DNA of 46,547 bases from Bacillota bacterium (GTDB lineage: Bacteria; Bacillota; Clostridia; Caldicoprobacterales; DTU083), in contig DAISGI010000016.1 of NCBI GenBank assembly GCA_036823195.1, positions 1-46,547 on the forward strand, written 5' to 3'. A program made the translations under genes and the position numbers. Below the pieces are notes generated by a model. It worked only from the letters and a program-made list of their open reading frames with translations. It searched no databases and had not been told where the DNA came from. Shown here piece by piece: positions 18,408 to 27,649 of this stretch; the stretch's first letter is position 1, and each line of letters starts with the position of its first letter.

Positions 18408-18650
18408 ATGATTGAACTGAGTGGCAACAATTTGAAAATGTTCAGAAAGGCGAAGGAGCTGGAAAGCGTCTGGAAAAGATCCCGGGAGGTTCTGGAGGAA
18501 ACCCTGGCGGAATTTGACGGGACGCTTCTCTTTGTTTCCCATGACCGGTATTTCATCGACAGGTTGGCGGACCGGATCGTCGTCATAGAAGACTGCGGCA
18601 CGCATGTCATCAACGGGGATTATACCTCTCCATTTCTTTCTCATAGTCCA
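18408..18650 (+). pseudogene. Remnant of the 3' end of an ABC-F family ATPase gene (the C-terminal end of NBD2 only).
   Basis: KELESVWKRSREVLEETLAEFDGTLLFVSHDRYFIDRLADRIVVIEDCGTHVINGDY matches the ABC-F tail pattern ('...LDIESIEALEEAL..FPGTVLFVSHDRYFLD.VATRI.E...GKL..Y.GNY'). No Walker A or signature sequence lies upstream. The open frame runs antisense into the next gene. Confidence 0.45.
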
Positions 18651-18707
18651 ACCTCTCAGTTTGGAAAATCATATAACCAGTTAAGTAATGAGCATATAAG
18701 AAAACAT

Positions 18708-19451
18708 TTATTCCCACCGGAAAAACCGGATGGAGCACCCTATGCAAATTCCCGCTACTGCCAGCAAAATAAGGATCGGGGTAATAAAATCACCAATGGG
18801 ATCTCCCATCCAGGTGCCCTGCAGGATTTCAACACAATAAGTCAACGGGAGGAATTTTGCTATCGTCTTCACGGCTTTGGGCATAATCTGAAGCGGAATC
18901 GTCGCTCCCGAAAGAAACAGCATCGGAAAATAGACCAGATAGGAAATGGCGGTAGCTGTGCGGCTGTTGGAAGCGGTGGCGGAGATAACAAACCCGATGG
19001 AAAAAATACTGGCCATCGATAAGAGAAAGGCTGCGATAAAATGAAATGCGTTCCCCCAGAAATGAAGTTCGAATACAATCCTCCCCACAATAACCAGTAT
19101 GGCCATGCCGGCAATGCTCATGAATCCATTGACCAGAAGTTGAGGAATCATAATGGTCCCGGTACCGATTGGCGTAGCCTTGTATCTTTTCAGAACTTTT
19201 TGCTGACGGTATTCGGCCAGACCAAGCGGCAGTCCCATAATGCCGGAAACCGCCAGGATCATTCCGATATAAGCGGGCGTAAACACGTCTACGGCACAGT
19301 GCCCATTATAGAACTCGCTCGGGGTATTCCCGTATATGCCGCCAAACAGCAGAAGCATCATGGGAGGAAAGACAAAGGCAAAAAACGCATAGACATATGT
19401 ACGCATAGACAATTTCAGTTCTGTGAAAGTCATGGCGAGAAAAGCTCTCAT
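18708..19451 (-). CDS. ABC-2 type transporter permease.
   Basis: Six TM segments. Overlaps the upstream ATPase gene by 4 nt. Confidence 0.75.
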   Translation of the reverse strand: MRAFLAMTFTELKLSMRTYVYAFFAFVFPPMMLLLFGGIYGNTPSEFYNGHCAVDVFTPAYIGMILAVSGIMGLPLGLAEYRQQKVLKRYKATPIGTGTIMIPQLLVNGFMSIAGMAILVIVGRIVFELHFWGNAFHFIAAFLLSMASIFSIGFVISATASNSRTATAISYLVYFPMLFLSGATIPLQIMPKAVKTIAKFLPLTYCVEILQGTWMGDPIGDFITPILILLAVAGICIGCSIRFFRWE

Positions 19452-20365
19452 ACCGATTCCTCCTGTTTGCGTCCCGTCAGTTTCAGAAAGACATCTTCCA
19501 ATCCGGGATTTTTATTCGACAAATCTTCAAAGGCAATATGGTGTTCGGTCAGATAGATGGTTACGTCACGCAGCAGATTTTTTCCGATGCCATATAACTC
19601 GACGACACCATCGTGAATATTGACATCCATCATATGATCGATATTCATGAAATCCGCCTTTGCGGCGTCTGGAGAAGAAAATGTAATTTTCTGGCCGATA
19701 CCGGCCTGCTCGATCAGTTCTGCTATTGTCCCCATTGCCACAATTTTCCCCTTTACCATAATGCAGACCCGGTCACAAAGATTCTCCGCTTCTTCCATAT
19801 AGTGTGTGGTCATGAGAATGGTTTTACCGTCCCTGCGCAGGGATTTGATCAGCTCCCACATATCGATACGCGCCTGAGGATCGAGCCCGGTAGTGAGCTC
19901 ATCCAAAAAAATGATCTGCGGGTTGGCAATCAGAGCCGCAATAATCGACACCTTTTGCCTTTCTCCTCCGGATAATCTCTTGATATAAGACTTTTTCTTA
20001 TCGTCCAACCCAAAACGTTCCAAAAGAACACGATAGTCGGTTGGATTTTTATAAAAACTTGAAAACAGCCGGCAAAGCTCCTCCACTTTCATCATATCCG
20101 GAAAAGATGCCTCCTGCAGCTGAACGCCGATATGATCGTACAGCTCCTTGCGGTTTCCCGGATCGATTCCCGACACTCTGATATGACCGGTGCACGATTT
20201 GTTCAGACCTTCCAGACATTCCATGATGGAAGTCTTCCCCGCTCCGTTGGGCCCGATCATTCCGAAAATTTCGCCCGGCATGACCTCGAAGGAAATATTG
20301 TCAAAAAAAAGCCCACCGATAGGATGGGCTGAAATGTTTCCCGCGCGATTTTCTGCGCAATCCAA
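19448..20365 (-). CDS. ABC transporter ATP-binding protein.
   Basis: Walker A GMIGPNGAGKTS. LSGGERQK signature. IIFLDELTTGLD Walker B/D-loop. TTG start with a weak RBS. Confidence 0.85.
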   Translation of the reverse strand: MDCAENRAGNISAHPIGGLFFDNISFEVMPGEIFGMIGPNGAGKTSIMECLEGLNKSCTGHIRVSGIDPGNRKELYDHIGVQLQEASFPDMMKVEELCRLFSSFYKNPTDYRVLLERFGLDDKKKSYIKRLSGGERQKVSIIAALIANPQIIFLDELTTGLDPQARIDMWELIKSLRRDGKTILMTTHYMEEAENLCDRVCIMVKGKIVAMGTIAELIEQAGIGQKITFSSPDAAKADFMNIDHMMDVNIHDGVVELYGIGKNLLRDVTIYLTEHHIAFEDLSNKNPGLEDVFLKLTGRKQEESV

Positions 20366-20420
20366 TTGTGTTATTCCCTGACGTCAGGCTTTTCCTTTGT
20401 CGCTGCGTTCTTCTTTGTGT

Positions 20421-22478
20421 TTATCGCATGTCCGCCTTTCCGTCTATTTTTGCGTTTTTATTCGGCTCCGTTTTCTTCTTCGGATCTACCGTCTTCATGA
20501 TCTCAACCTGTTTCAGCGTATTCAGAATGGAATCCTTGATTTCCTTGACGCGGTCATCCTCCGGCTTGGCACTTTTACCGGCAGGTAAATCGGCGCCCAA
20601 TTTTTCACTGATCAGAAGGTTAAGCAGCATTTCGAAAGCGTTGATCGAACTGCCCTGACCCTGCCCCTGACCCGATCCCATGGTCATAACCGTCTTCGGA
20701 ACAATGTCTACCTTGGATTTTGCGATTGCGTCGGTAAACTTGCCCATAACGTCCTGAATGACCTGGTATTGCGAACCACCGTATGCCTTGACCTGCTCTT
20801 CGACAGCAAGAGCCTTGCCGATACCGACTTTGGCTTCTCTTTCCGCCTCCGCCTCCGCGATGGCCTTGATCTTGGAAGCCTCCTGCAGGGACCTCTGGAA
20901 CTCCGCCTTCCCCTGGTTGGTCTGGATCTGAATATTGATATCGGATTCGGTGAGGACCCTTTGCTGCTCCGCCTTCGACTCCGCTTCCCGCAGTTCCCTC
21001 TCCTTTGCGGCGGCCTTTTGCTGCTCAGAATAGGTTTCGATCTGTTCTATTGCGATCTGGCGCTCCCGAAGCTGGGTAAGGATCACTTCTATTTTATTGT
21101 CATTCTTCGACGCCTCGGGGGTACCGATCAGTACTTCCTCAAGCTCCAGATTGTAATGCTCAAATTTCAACTTCATTTCACTGGAAGAATGGGCCTGGAT
21201 CTCATTCCTCTCCTGAATGATCTGGATCAGCGTCTTGGTCTGGCCAATATTTTTGAAATAGGCGGAGACCATCGGATCCAACGTCTGATCGACAAGCATT
21301 TTTATATCGCCGAACCTCTGAATGACCAGAGGCGCCTTTTTGTAGTCGATATGCATCACGACCGACAAAGGTAGGGACGGCTCGAAAGCATCCTTGGTGA
21401 TCAGGCTGACTTCCTTCAGATTTTCATCAAACATATGGGATCCGGTCTGATCACTGATCCATTTCAATATGATATTCGTCGTAGGTACCATGACGATCTT
21501 TCCCGCATAAGTGTTAAACGCATACTTGCCGGGCATCATGGGTTCTCTCCATACACCCCGGTATCCCCTTTCAACGAGCTCGCCATGCTTGTAATCGGCT
21601 CCGGTCGAGTCTTCGCCCTTGGGTCCGATATAGGATACGACGACCCCCACAAATCCGACATCAATCCATGTCTTGTTGATCAGCTCCACCGTGGCAAAGA
21701 AACGGTTGATGAAATAGGTGCCTTCCACCAGAACCTGATACTGCCTGCCCCGGAAGCCTCCGGCCTTTAAGAACTTCTCCGGATCCTGGAAATTATTGTG
21801 GTAAGTCTCCGGATCCGATGGGTCATCGCCGACGGTAGGCGCTATGATATCATCCCTGGTCAGGGACAATCCGTCGTGCACGGTAACAATACCGACCTTG
21901 TCATCCGTACCCTTTATCACGATGGGCCGGAAACCATTCCTTTCCTTCAGCAGATCTGTCATCCGTCCAATTGAGGATTCCTCGGATTTGGATCCCATTG
22001 GCAGATAGTATAGCTTTTCCTCCGCGATGATAATGAACTGGGCAAGGTTAAAGGCATAGGTACCTTCCCGGACAATGCCCCTTTGCGGTCCTTTCTGGCC
22101 TCCGTTCAGCAGAAATGCCCTGGCATCCTGAAAATTATTGCTTTGCGGAACAACACAGCCAAGGGTCTGGGTCGGTTCCAGCGGTTTGCCGTCACGGGCA
22201 AACACATAAGCGATCTGCCCCTGTGGAATCGTTACAAGCGGACAGATATGCACCTTGTACATCAGCGGTGTCAGAAAATGAATACCGCCCCGTACGATCT
22301 GCGGCTGAAAACCGGCTTCCCCATTCAGCGCGATGATCTGCTCATTCAGGGATCCCCTGGGAGACCACCACTTCTCTATAATGGCGATCTTGTTATTGGG
22401 AATGATCCGGAAACCGACAAGCCACAGGACAATGAAAAAACCAGCCAGTGCGGATAAGGCAATGATCAATGTATCCAC
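20421..22478 (-). CDS. SPFH/band-7 (flotillin-like, YqiK-type) membrane protein, 685 aa.
   Basis: N-terminal TM helix. SPFH core. Long EA-rich coiled-coil region (AEAEAEREAK...). GTG start with AGGGGGGAAA RBS. Confidence 0.8.
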   Translation of the reverse strand: MDTLIIALSALAGFFIVLWLVGFRIIPNNKIAIIEKWWSPRGSLNEQIIALNGEAGFQPQIVRGGIHFLTPLMYKVHICPLVTIPQGQIAYVFARDGKPLEPTQTLGCVVPQSNNFQDARAFLLNGGQKGPQRGIVREGTYAFNLAQFIIIAEEKLYYLPMGSKSEESSIGRMTDLLKERNGFRPIVIKGTDDKVGIVTVHDGLSLTRDDIIAPTVGDDPSDPETYHNNFQDPEKFLKAGGFRGRQYQVLVEGTYFINRFFATVELINKTWIDVGFVGVVVSYIGPKGEDSTGADYKHGELVERGYRGVWREPMMPGKYAFNTYAGKIVMVPTTNIILKWISDQTGSHMFDENLKEVSLITKDAFEPSLPLSVVMHIDYKKAPLVIQRFGDIKMLVDQTLDPMVSAYFKNIGQTKTLIQIIQERNEIQAHSSSEMKLKFEHYNLELEEVLIGTPEASKNDNKIEVILTQLRERQIAIEQIETYSEQQKAAAKERELREAESKAEQQRVLTESDINIQIQTNQGKAEFQRSLQEASKIKAIAEAEAEREAKVGIGKALAVEEQVKAYGGSQYQVIQDVMGKFTDAIAKSKVDIVPKTVMTMGSGQGQGQGSSINAFEMLLNLLISEKLGADLPAGKSAKPEDDRVKEIKDSILNTLKQVEIMKTVDPKKKTEPNKNAKIDGKADMR

Positions 22479-22826
22479 TGTATTTCCCCCCTATATAATA
22501 TCGCTGATTTGAATTATACACCTGTTTCAGAAACTTACAATATTATTAGTAACTTGTATTTATTAAGATTTCATAAAATCTGAAATAAATGTGAAAACAT
22601 TTGTGTCCAATCCAATATGGCTGTTCGCTTTCCCGGACTTGATGATATCTATATGGTTAAAACTTGCATTTCCGTCTGGATTATGTTACTGTTTGTCTGG
22701 GAGTTGTTTTGATTTTCCGCAGGATACGGAATCCCGAAATTCTAATCTGATTTTAATCTTGTTCCAACTTTGTTTCAATTCTGGAAGGCTATAATCATCT
22801 TATCAAATGAACAGGAGGATATTCTT

Positions 22827-23378
22827 ATGGCTACGATGGAACAGGTTGAAAAGTTAAAGGAGAAGGCAAATGTGTCCTATGAGGAGGCAAGAGCCGCACT
22901 GGATGCCTGCGGGGACGATATTCTGGAGGCGATGATCTACCTGGAACGGCAGGGCAAGGCAAAGTCTTCGCCGGACGGAGGTTATTACTGTTCCCGGCAG
23001 GAGGAGCCGGAAAATGAAACAGCGGATGAAGACAGCCGGAATGATACCCAAAAAGGGGAAACCTTTTCACAATTGGCCGGCAGATTTCTCCGATGGTGCG
23101 GCAGAATCGTTGAAAAGGGGAACCGGAATTCCTTCGAGGTAAGGCGGGAAGATAGGACGGTTATTGCGGTTCCTGTCACCGCTTTGGTTCTTCTCGTGAT
23201 CTTTGCCTTCTGGTTTACCGTTCCGCTTGTTATTGTCGGATTGTTCTTTGGCTGCCGTTACTATTTCAAAGGCCCGGATCTGGAATCCACCGGTGTGAAC
23301 CATATGATGGATTCCGCAGCCGGCGCGGCGGAGAATCTGAAGAACGAAGTAAAAAACAAGGGCGGCAGGGACCAATAA
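22827..23378 (+). CDS. DUF4342-like protein. N-terminal UBA/NAC-alpha-like helical domain plus a C-terminal membrane segment.
   Basis: MEQVEKLKEKANVSYEEARAALDACGDDILEAMIYLERQGK motif. C-terminal hydrophobic stretch (VIAVPVTALVLLVIFAFWFTVPLVIVGLFF). RBS AGGAGG 8 nt upstream. Confidence 0.5.
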   Translation: MATMEQVEKLKEKANVSYEEARAALDACGDDILEAMIYLERQGKAKSSPDGGYYCSRQEEPENETADEDSRNDTQKGETFSQLAGRFLRWCGRIVEKGNRNSFEVRREDRTVIAVPVTALVLLVIFAFWFTVPLVIVGLFFGCRYYFKGPDLESTGVNHMMDSAAGAAENLKNEVKNKGGRDQ

Positions 23379-23470
23379 CGCCTTTTTGCCGCTTCGAACG
23401 GGATTGAGCGGCGTTTGACAGAGGGAGAAAGCGGTTCCCGGCAAGGCAAAAAACGGAACAGGGTGAGCAT

Positions 23471-24154
23471 ATGAATGAAAAAGTCCTGATTGTGGAGGAT
23501 GAAGAGAAGATTGCGCGTTTTATGGAAATGGAACTGGCCTATGAGGGATATGGGGTTGAAAAGGCCTTTGACGGACGAACCGGACTGGAGCTTGCCCGGA
23601 GCGGCGGTTTCGATATCATCATACTGGACATCATGCTTCCTGGCCTGAACGGAATGGAGGTACTCCGGCGCATCCGCAGGAGCTCCTCCGTGCCGGTGAT
23701 CATGCTGACAGCCCGGGATACCATTGTGGATAAGGTGACCGGACTGGACGGAGGAGCGGACGATTATATGACAAAGCCCTTTGAAATTGAGGAGCTCCTC
23801 GCCCGGATCCGCAATGCCCTTCGGAAGAAGAATGCTTCCGGGTCTGCAGGAACTCTGACGGCCAGCGGCCTTGTCCTGGATATTGGCCGGCATGAAGCTG
23901 CCGTTGGAGGTGTCCCGGTTGAGCTTACCAAAAAGGAATTCGATCTTCTTCGGTACCTGCTGGAAAACAAGGACATAGTATTGACCAGAGAAACCTTGCT
24001 GGAGAAGGTTTGGGGGTTTGATTACGCGGGAGACACCAATGCGGTGGATGTTTATATCAGATATCTGCGCGGTAAGATCGACGAGGTTTTTGGCATAAAA
24101 CTGATTCATACCGTCCGCGGAGTGGGGTATGTGATAAGAAATGAAGGAAAATAA
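23471..24154 (+). CDS. OmpR-family response regulator.
   Basis: Receiver domain (LIVEDEEKIARF...DIIILDIMLPGLNGMEVL...VIMLTARD) plus a winged-helix output domain (VLTRETLLEKVWG...DVYIRYLRGKID). Confidence 0.9.
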   Translation: MNEKVLIVEDEEKIARFMEMELAYEGYGVEKAFDGRTGLELARSGGFDIIILDIMLPGLNGMEVLRRIRRSSSVPVIMLTARDTIVDKVTGLDGGADDYMTKPFEIEELLARIRNALRKKNASGSAGTLTASGLVLDIGRHEAAVGGVPVELTKKEFDLLRYLLENKDIVLTRETLLEKVWGFDYAGDTNAVDVYIRYLRGKIDEVFGIKLIHTVRGVGYVIRNEGK

Positions 24155-25559
24155 CAAGGAAAATAAAAAAGAAAACAAAAGGGAAGACTTTTCCATTGTC
24201 TTTAAACTGAACACCTGGCATCTTTCACAGGTGTTTTTTGGCTTTTTCCTGATCGATATCCTCCTGGTTATCCTTTTCTCCGGCGCCCTGGTCTCTTACG
24301 CAGAACGGGATATATGGGAAAATGTGGAACATTCAGCGGCTGAGGGCCTTCTGACGGAGCAGAAACCGGACGGCATTCAACTGCCCGGATTCCTGAACCG
24401 ATGGCTTCCGGGCCATATGGAGGGTGTGATCCGGCAATTCGTCGTCCCGTCCGGGGGATCTTCCTTTTGGAAACGGCTGGATGATGTAACATACCGGGCA
24501 TGGGTGCCCTTCTCCGGCGGCAGAACGTATTATGCGGCGGATTATGCTATGGGCGGACACCTGACCTTGTTTCTCAAACTTTTTATGGTTTTGGCCGTTT
24601 TTGAACTTTTATTTCTTCTCGGCAGCATCAGCAAAGGTGCAAGGGCCGTGAGACGTTCCCTTCAGCCTCTTTCCGATCTGGCCCGTACGGCAAAGAGCAT
24701 CAATCAGACCCGGATGGTCCAGCCTGACGTGCAGCTGCGGGATCTGGCCGGCACCATTGATACCATCAATGTGACACGGCTGGACCGGAGGGTTTCCATC
24801 CGCTCGGAACAGCGGGAGCTGAAGGATCTGGCAGGCGCCATCAACGGGATGCTGGACCGGATCGACGCATCCTACCGTTCCCAGGTCCGCTTTGTATCCG
24901 ATGCGTCTCATGAACTGCGGACTCCGATTTCCGTGATACAGGGATATGCCAATCTCCTGGACCGGTGGGGAAAGAAGGATGAAAAAGCGCTGCAGGAATC
25001 CATTGATGCCATCAAGGGCGAAGCGGAAAGCATGAAGGACCTTGTGGAGCAGCTACTTTTCCTGGCAAGGGGTGACAACGACTCCATGAAGCTGAACCGG
25101 GAAACCGTTGATCTCAGCCGGATCGCGGAGGAGGTGATGCGGGAGACCGCCATGATCGACCCGAACCATGAATATGTTACGAAAACAGAAAAAGAAGTGT
25201 ACACCATAGGGGATGCGCAGCTTATCAAGCAGGCCCTCCGTATCTTTGTGGACAACAGTTCCAAATACACTCCACCCGGCGGGACCGTCACCGTATCCGC
25301 CGTCCGGGAGGGGGATTTGGCAAAAGTAACTGTGCAGGACAACGGGATCGGCATTCCTTCGGAGGATTTGTCTCATATCTTTGACCGGTTTTTCCGCTCC
25401 GATGACTCCCGTGCGCGGAAAACAGGCGGAACCGGCCTGGGCCTCTCCATTGCCAAATGGATTATTGACCGGCATCATGCCGTCGTCGAGGTCCTGAGCC
25501 GCAAGGATCTGGGCACTCGGATAACCGTTTCTTTTCCGGCGGGCCGGATACTTTCCTGA
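24141..25559 (+). CDS. Sensor histidine kinase. Two TM segments flank a periplasmic domain, then HAMP, HisKA and HATPase_c.
   Basis: H-box SHELRTPISVIQGY. G-boxes DNGIGIP and GGTGLGLSIAKWII. Overlaps the response regulator gene by 14 nt. Confidence 0.9.
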   Translation: MKENNKENKKENKREDFSIVFKLNTWHLSQVFFGFFLIDILLVILFSGALVSYAERDIWENVEHSAAEGLLTEQKPDGIQLPGFLNRWLPGHMEGVIRQFVVPSGGSSFWKRLDDVTYRAWVPFSGGRTYYAADYAMGGHLTLFLKLFMVLAVFELLFLLGSISKGARAVRRSLQPLSDLARTAKSINQTRMVQPDVQLRDLAGTIDTINVTRLDRRVSIRSEQRELKDLAGAINGMLDRIDASYRSQVRFVSDASHELRTPISVIQGYANLLDRWGKKDEKALQESIDAIKGEAESMKDLVEQLLFLARGDNDSMKLNRETVDLSRIAEEVMRETAMIDPNHEYVTKTEKEVYTIGDAQLIKQALRIFVDNSSKYTPPGGTVTVSAVREGDLAKVTVQDNGIGIPSEDLSHIFDRFFRSDDSRARKTGGTGLGLSIAKWIIDRHHAVVEVLSRKDLGTRITVSFPAGRILS

Positions 25560-25616
25560 GTGCCTACCTTTTTTAGATTTTATCGCCTACAAAATTCTAC
25601 ACTAACCGGCGGAAGA

Positions 25617-25676
25617 AAAAGGCGATAAGTCACTTTCCTCAATGACTCATCGCCTTTCATTTATACAATGGTTTTT
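25617..25676 (+). terminator. Candidate terminator after the two-component operon (a 14-bp interrupted stem, then a T-run).
   Basis: AAAGGCGAT-a-AGTCA-ctttcctcaa-TGACT-c-ATCGCCTTT followed by ...CAATGGTTTTTT. The U-tract is offset from the stem. Confidence 0.35.
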
Positions 25677-26026
25677 TCCCATGAAACATGAATGTTACTC
25701 CGGTCTGTCAAGGGTGAATGCATACGCGCCGATGGCTACAGCCGCCAATAGATTCAACGAATCGACCTATGCCGATTGGGGTATCCTGACGGCAACGCCC
25801 AGATGCCGGAAGCATTCGTCAAGTCCGGATGCTTCATTTCCATAAACAAGCGAAAAAAGCCGATGCCTTGAAATGCTTTTTGGCTTTGATTCCACTTCAC
25901 CATCCAAATTGCTGATTCGAATCCTCAAGAAAATTATATCAAGTTTACCATAACATCCTTGACTTCTTAGGAAGGATTAGATATTATTAAATTAAATTGA
26001 TAAATCTTCAGACAGGAGGCATTGTT

Positions 26027-26332
26027 ATGAAGAGAGCAAATTATCTACTGTGCTTCATTCTGGTATTACTATCAATTTTTTCAGCATGTGCATCAAGAGG
26101 TGCAAAGAGTGTGTATGACATGAATAAAAAAGAGGCAGTTATTTGGGTTAAGCAAAATAAAATTGAAATCCCTGATGACTTAAATAATAAATGGCTTGGG
26201 GAAACCATTTTAAGTGTAATTAAGGCACATAAAGAAGGTTATCGTGCAAGTAATGCTATAAGTTATAATAAAACACGGGACTTTATGAGGGAAATAGAAA
26301 AGAAGCTGGATTCGATAGATGCTGCTTCATAA
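26027..26332 (+). CDS. Small putative lipoprotein (AT-rich).
   Basis: MKRANYLLCFILVLLSIFSAC is a signal peptide with lipobox FSAC. RBS AGGAGG 8 nt upstream. The ORF track's upstream extension is unlikely. Confidence 0.5.
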   Translation: MKRANYLLCFILVLLSIFSACASRGAKSVYDMNKKEAVIWVKQNKIEIPDDLNNKWLGETILSVIKAHKEGYRASNAISYNKTRDFMREIEKKLDSIDAAS

Positions 26333-26396
26333 ACGTCTTGAAAGTGCCTTCGTGGAAACGCGAGGGCCTTTCTGTTTGCGAGGCATGATGCCGGAT

Positions 26397-26487
26397 CCAA
26401 AAAAACAACCGGCACCGGGTTCTCACCCATGCCGGCACACGAAACTTCATCTCATTCCTACCAACTTTAACGATCTTTAACGATGCT
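26397..26487 (-). repeat. Copy 2 of the conserved ~80-90-nt element. Here it is the intrinsic terminator of the RsfA-like gene.
   Basis: Minus-strand RNA CCGGCAUGGGUGAGAACCCGGUGCCGG-UUGUUUUUUU, located 85-130 nt downstream of the 26524 stop codon. Contains an internal aacgatcttt duplication relative to copy 1. Confidence 0.55.
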
Positions 26488-26523
26488 TAGTCTGTTTGAA
26501 CCCGGTATAAACCTTCTGTCCGC

Positions 26524-27435
26524 TCAGTCCTGCGTTATACAGGATTGCAGCTTGGCCACATAATTTTGCAGCCCGGATAGTTTGTCCGTATCGGACAGGC
26601 TGAGAAAGCGCTGATTCACATCCGTCAAATCCAGGAGCTGCCGCCGTACATGGTCGGCTTCCCTGCGTTCCTTGTCCAGACTGACTTCCAGCATCAGGAT
26701 GCGGTTGTTCAAATCCTGCAGTTCCCGGCTGTGGCTTTTCCCGTTTCCTGAACGGCGGTTTCCTGCTGCAAGGCCGCTTAAATCCCGCAGCCCCTTGATT
26801 AGTTCATCCAACGAAACCCCATGGACAGACTTCACGTTGCTTACAAACTGACCGATCCAGTCAATCAGCTGACCGTTGGCACCTTCCGCCGTCACCGGTG
26901 TTTTACCGGAACGAATCAGTCTGGCTCTGGTATACGGATTGAAACAGGCGATTCCTTCCGCCTCGATTTCCCGCATCAGATGACTGACGTATTCGGGTTC
27001 CCTGGCAATTACACTGCGATATTTATTCTGATACCGGATCAATACCCTTTTGTCTCCCTGACTGAGCCGATTGGCACATCCACGGACCGATTCTCCCTGA
27101 GCCTGAGCGATCAGCATCTCCCGGATCAGCTCTTTCTTTTCCTTCGCATCAAACGGTTTCCCGATCACATCTTCCTGGTTCGGATCCTTTTCATCCGAAA
27201 TCGTATCGTCCTCCTGCTTTTCTTCCTGGGTATGAAGATAGCGGTAATAATAATTCCGGATAGTATTCGCCTTCAGTCCGGATCGTCGGGCAATTGCCTC
27301 AAATGCGCGAATAATTGGCATTCTCCGTTCCTTTGCCTTTCCGACTTCCTCCTTCATGATCGACATCAGTTCCGGCTGCAGTTCCGGCTTTTCACCCATC
27401 GTATTGTCTTCATGCAGAGCTTGTTCCTTGGACAT
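26524..27435 (-). CDS. Putative RsfA-like regulator with two Myb/SANT-like repeats and a C-terminal coiled coil.
   Basis: RRMPIIRAFEAIARRSGLKANTIRNYYYRYL and GESVRGCANRLSQGDKRVLIRYQNKYRSVIARE resemble the RsfA Myb-like pattern (...FEEV...L.RT..ACRNRWN.YVR). Strong RBS GAAGGAGG. Confidence 0.4.
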   Translation of the reverse strand: MSKEQALHEDNTMGEKPELQPELMSIMKEEVGKAKERRMPIIRAFEAIARRSGLKANTIRNYYYRYLHTQEEKQEDDTISDEKDPNQEDVIGKPFDAKEKKELIREMLIAQAQGESVRGCANRLSQGDKRVLIRYQNKYRSVIAREPEYVSHLMREIEAEGIACFNPYTRARLIRSGKTPVTAEGANGQLIDWIGQFVSNVKSVHGVSLDELIKGLRDLSGLAAGNRRSGNGKSHSRELQDLNNRILMLEVSLDKERREADHVRRQLLDLTDVNQRFLSLSDTDKLSGLQNYVAKLQSCITQD

Positions 27436-27649
27436 ATTTTTTCCTCCTTCGCATTATTCCAATGCTGCCATAATATTCTAGGTATATTATTCTCCAGAAT
27501 GGAATTGTTTATTCCTGCATATATAAAGATTTGCATCATATATCTGTCATTGCATGAAAAAAGGCAATAAAAAAGGCAAGGATTCTCCTTGCCGTAATGA
27601 TAACCATATAATTTCAGATGAAAAGCAGATCGCGTTGAAATCTCAGGCC

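Noticed and set aside
25642-25845. 67-aa ORF in the gap between the two-component operon and the lipoprotein gene.
   Set aside because: No RBS and odd composition. The region is more plausibly a terminator plus promoter and a possibly structured RNA.
7797-26487. Idea that the two ~85-bp direct repeats are att-like boundaries of an 18.6-kb inserted island.
   Set aside because: No integrase, recombinase or mobility gene lies between them. The enclosed genes are housekeeping-type and not compositionally distinct. The repeats behave as RNA terminator elements.
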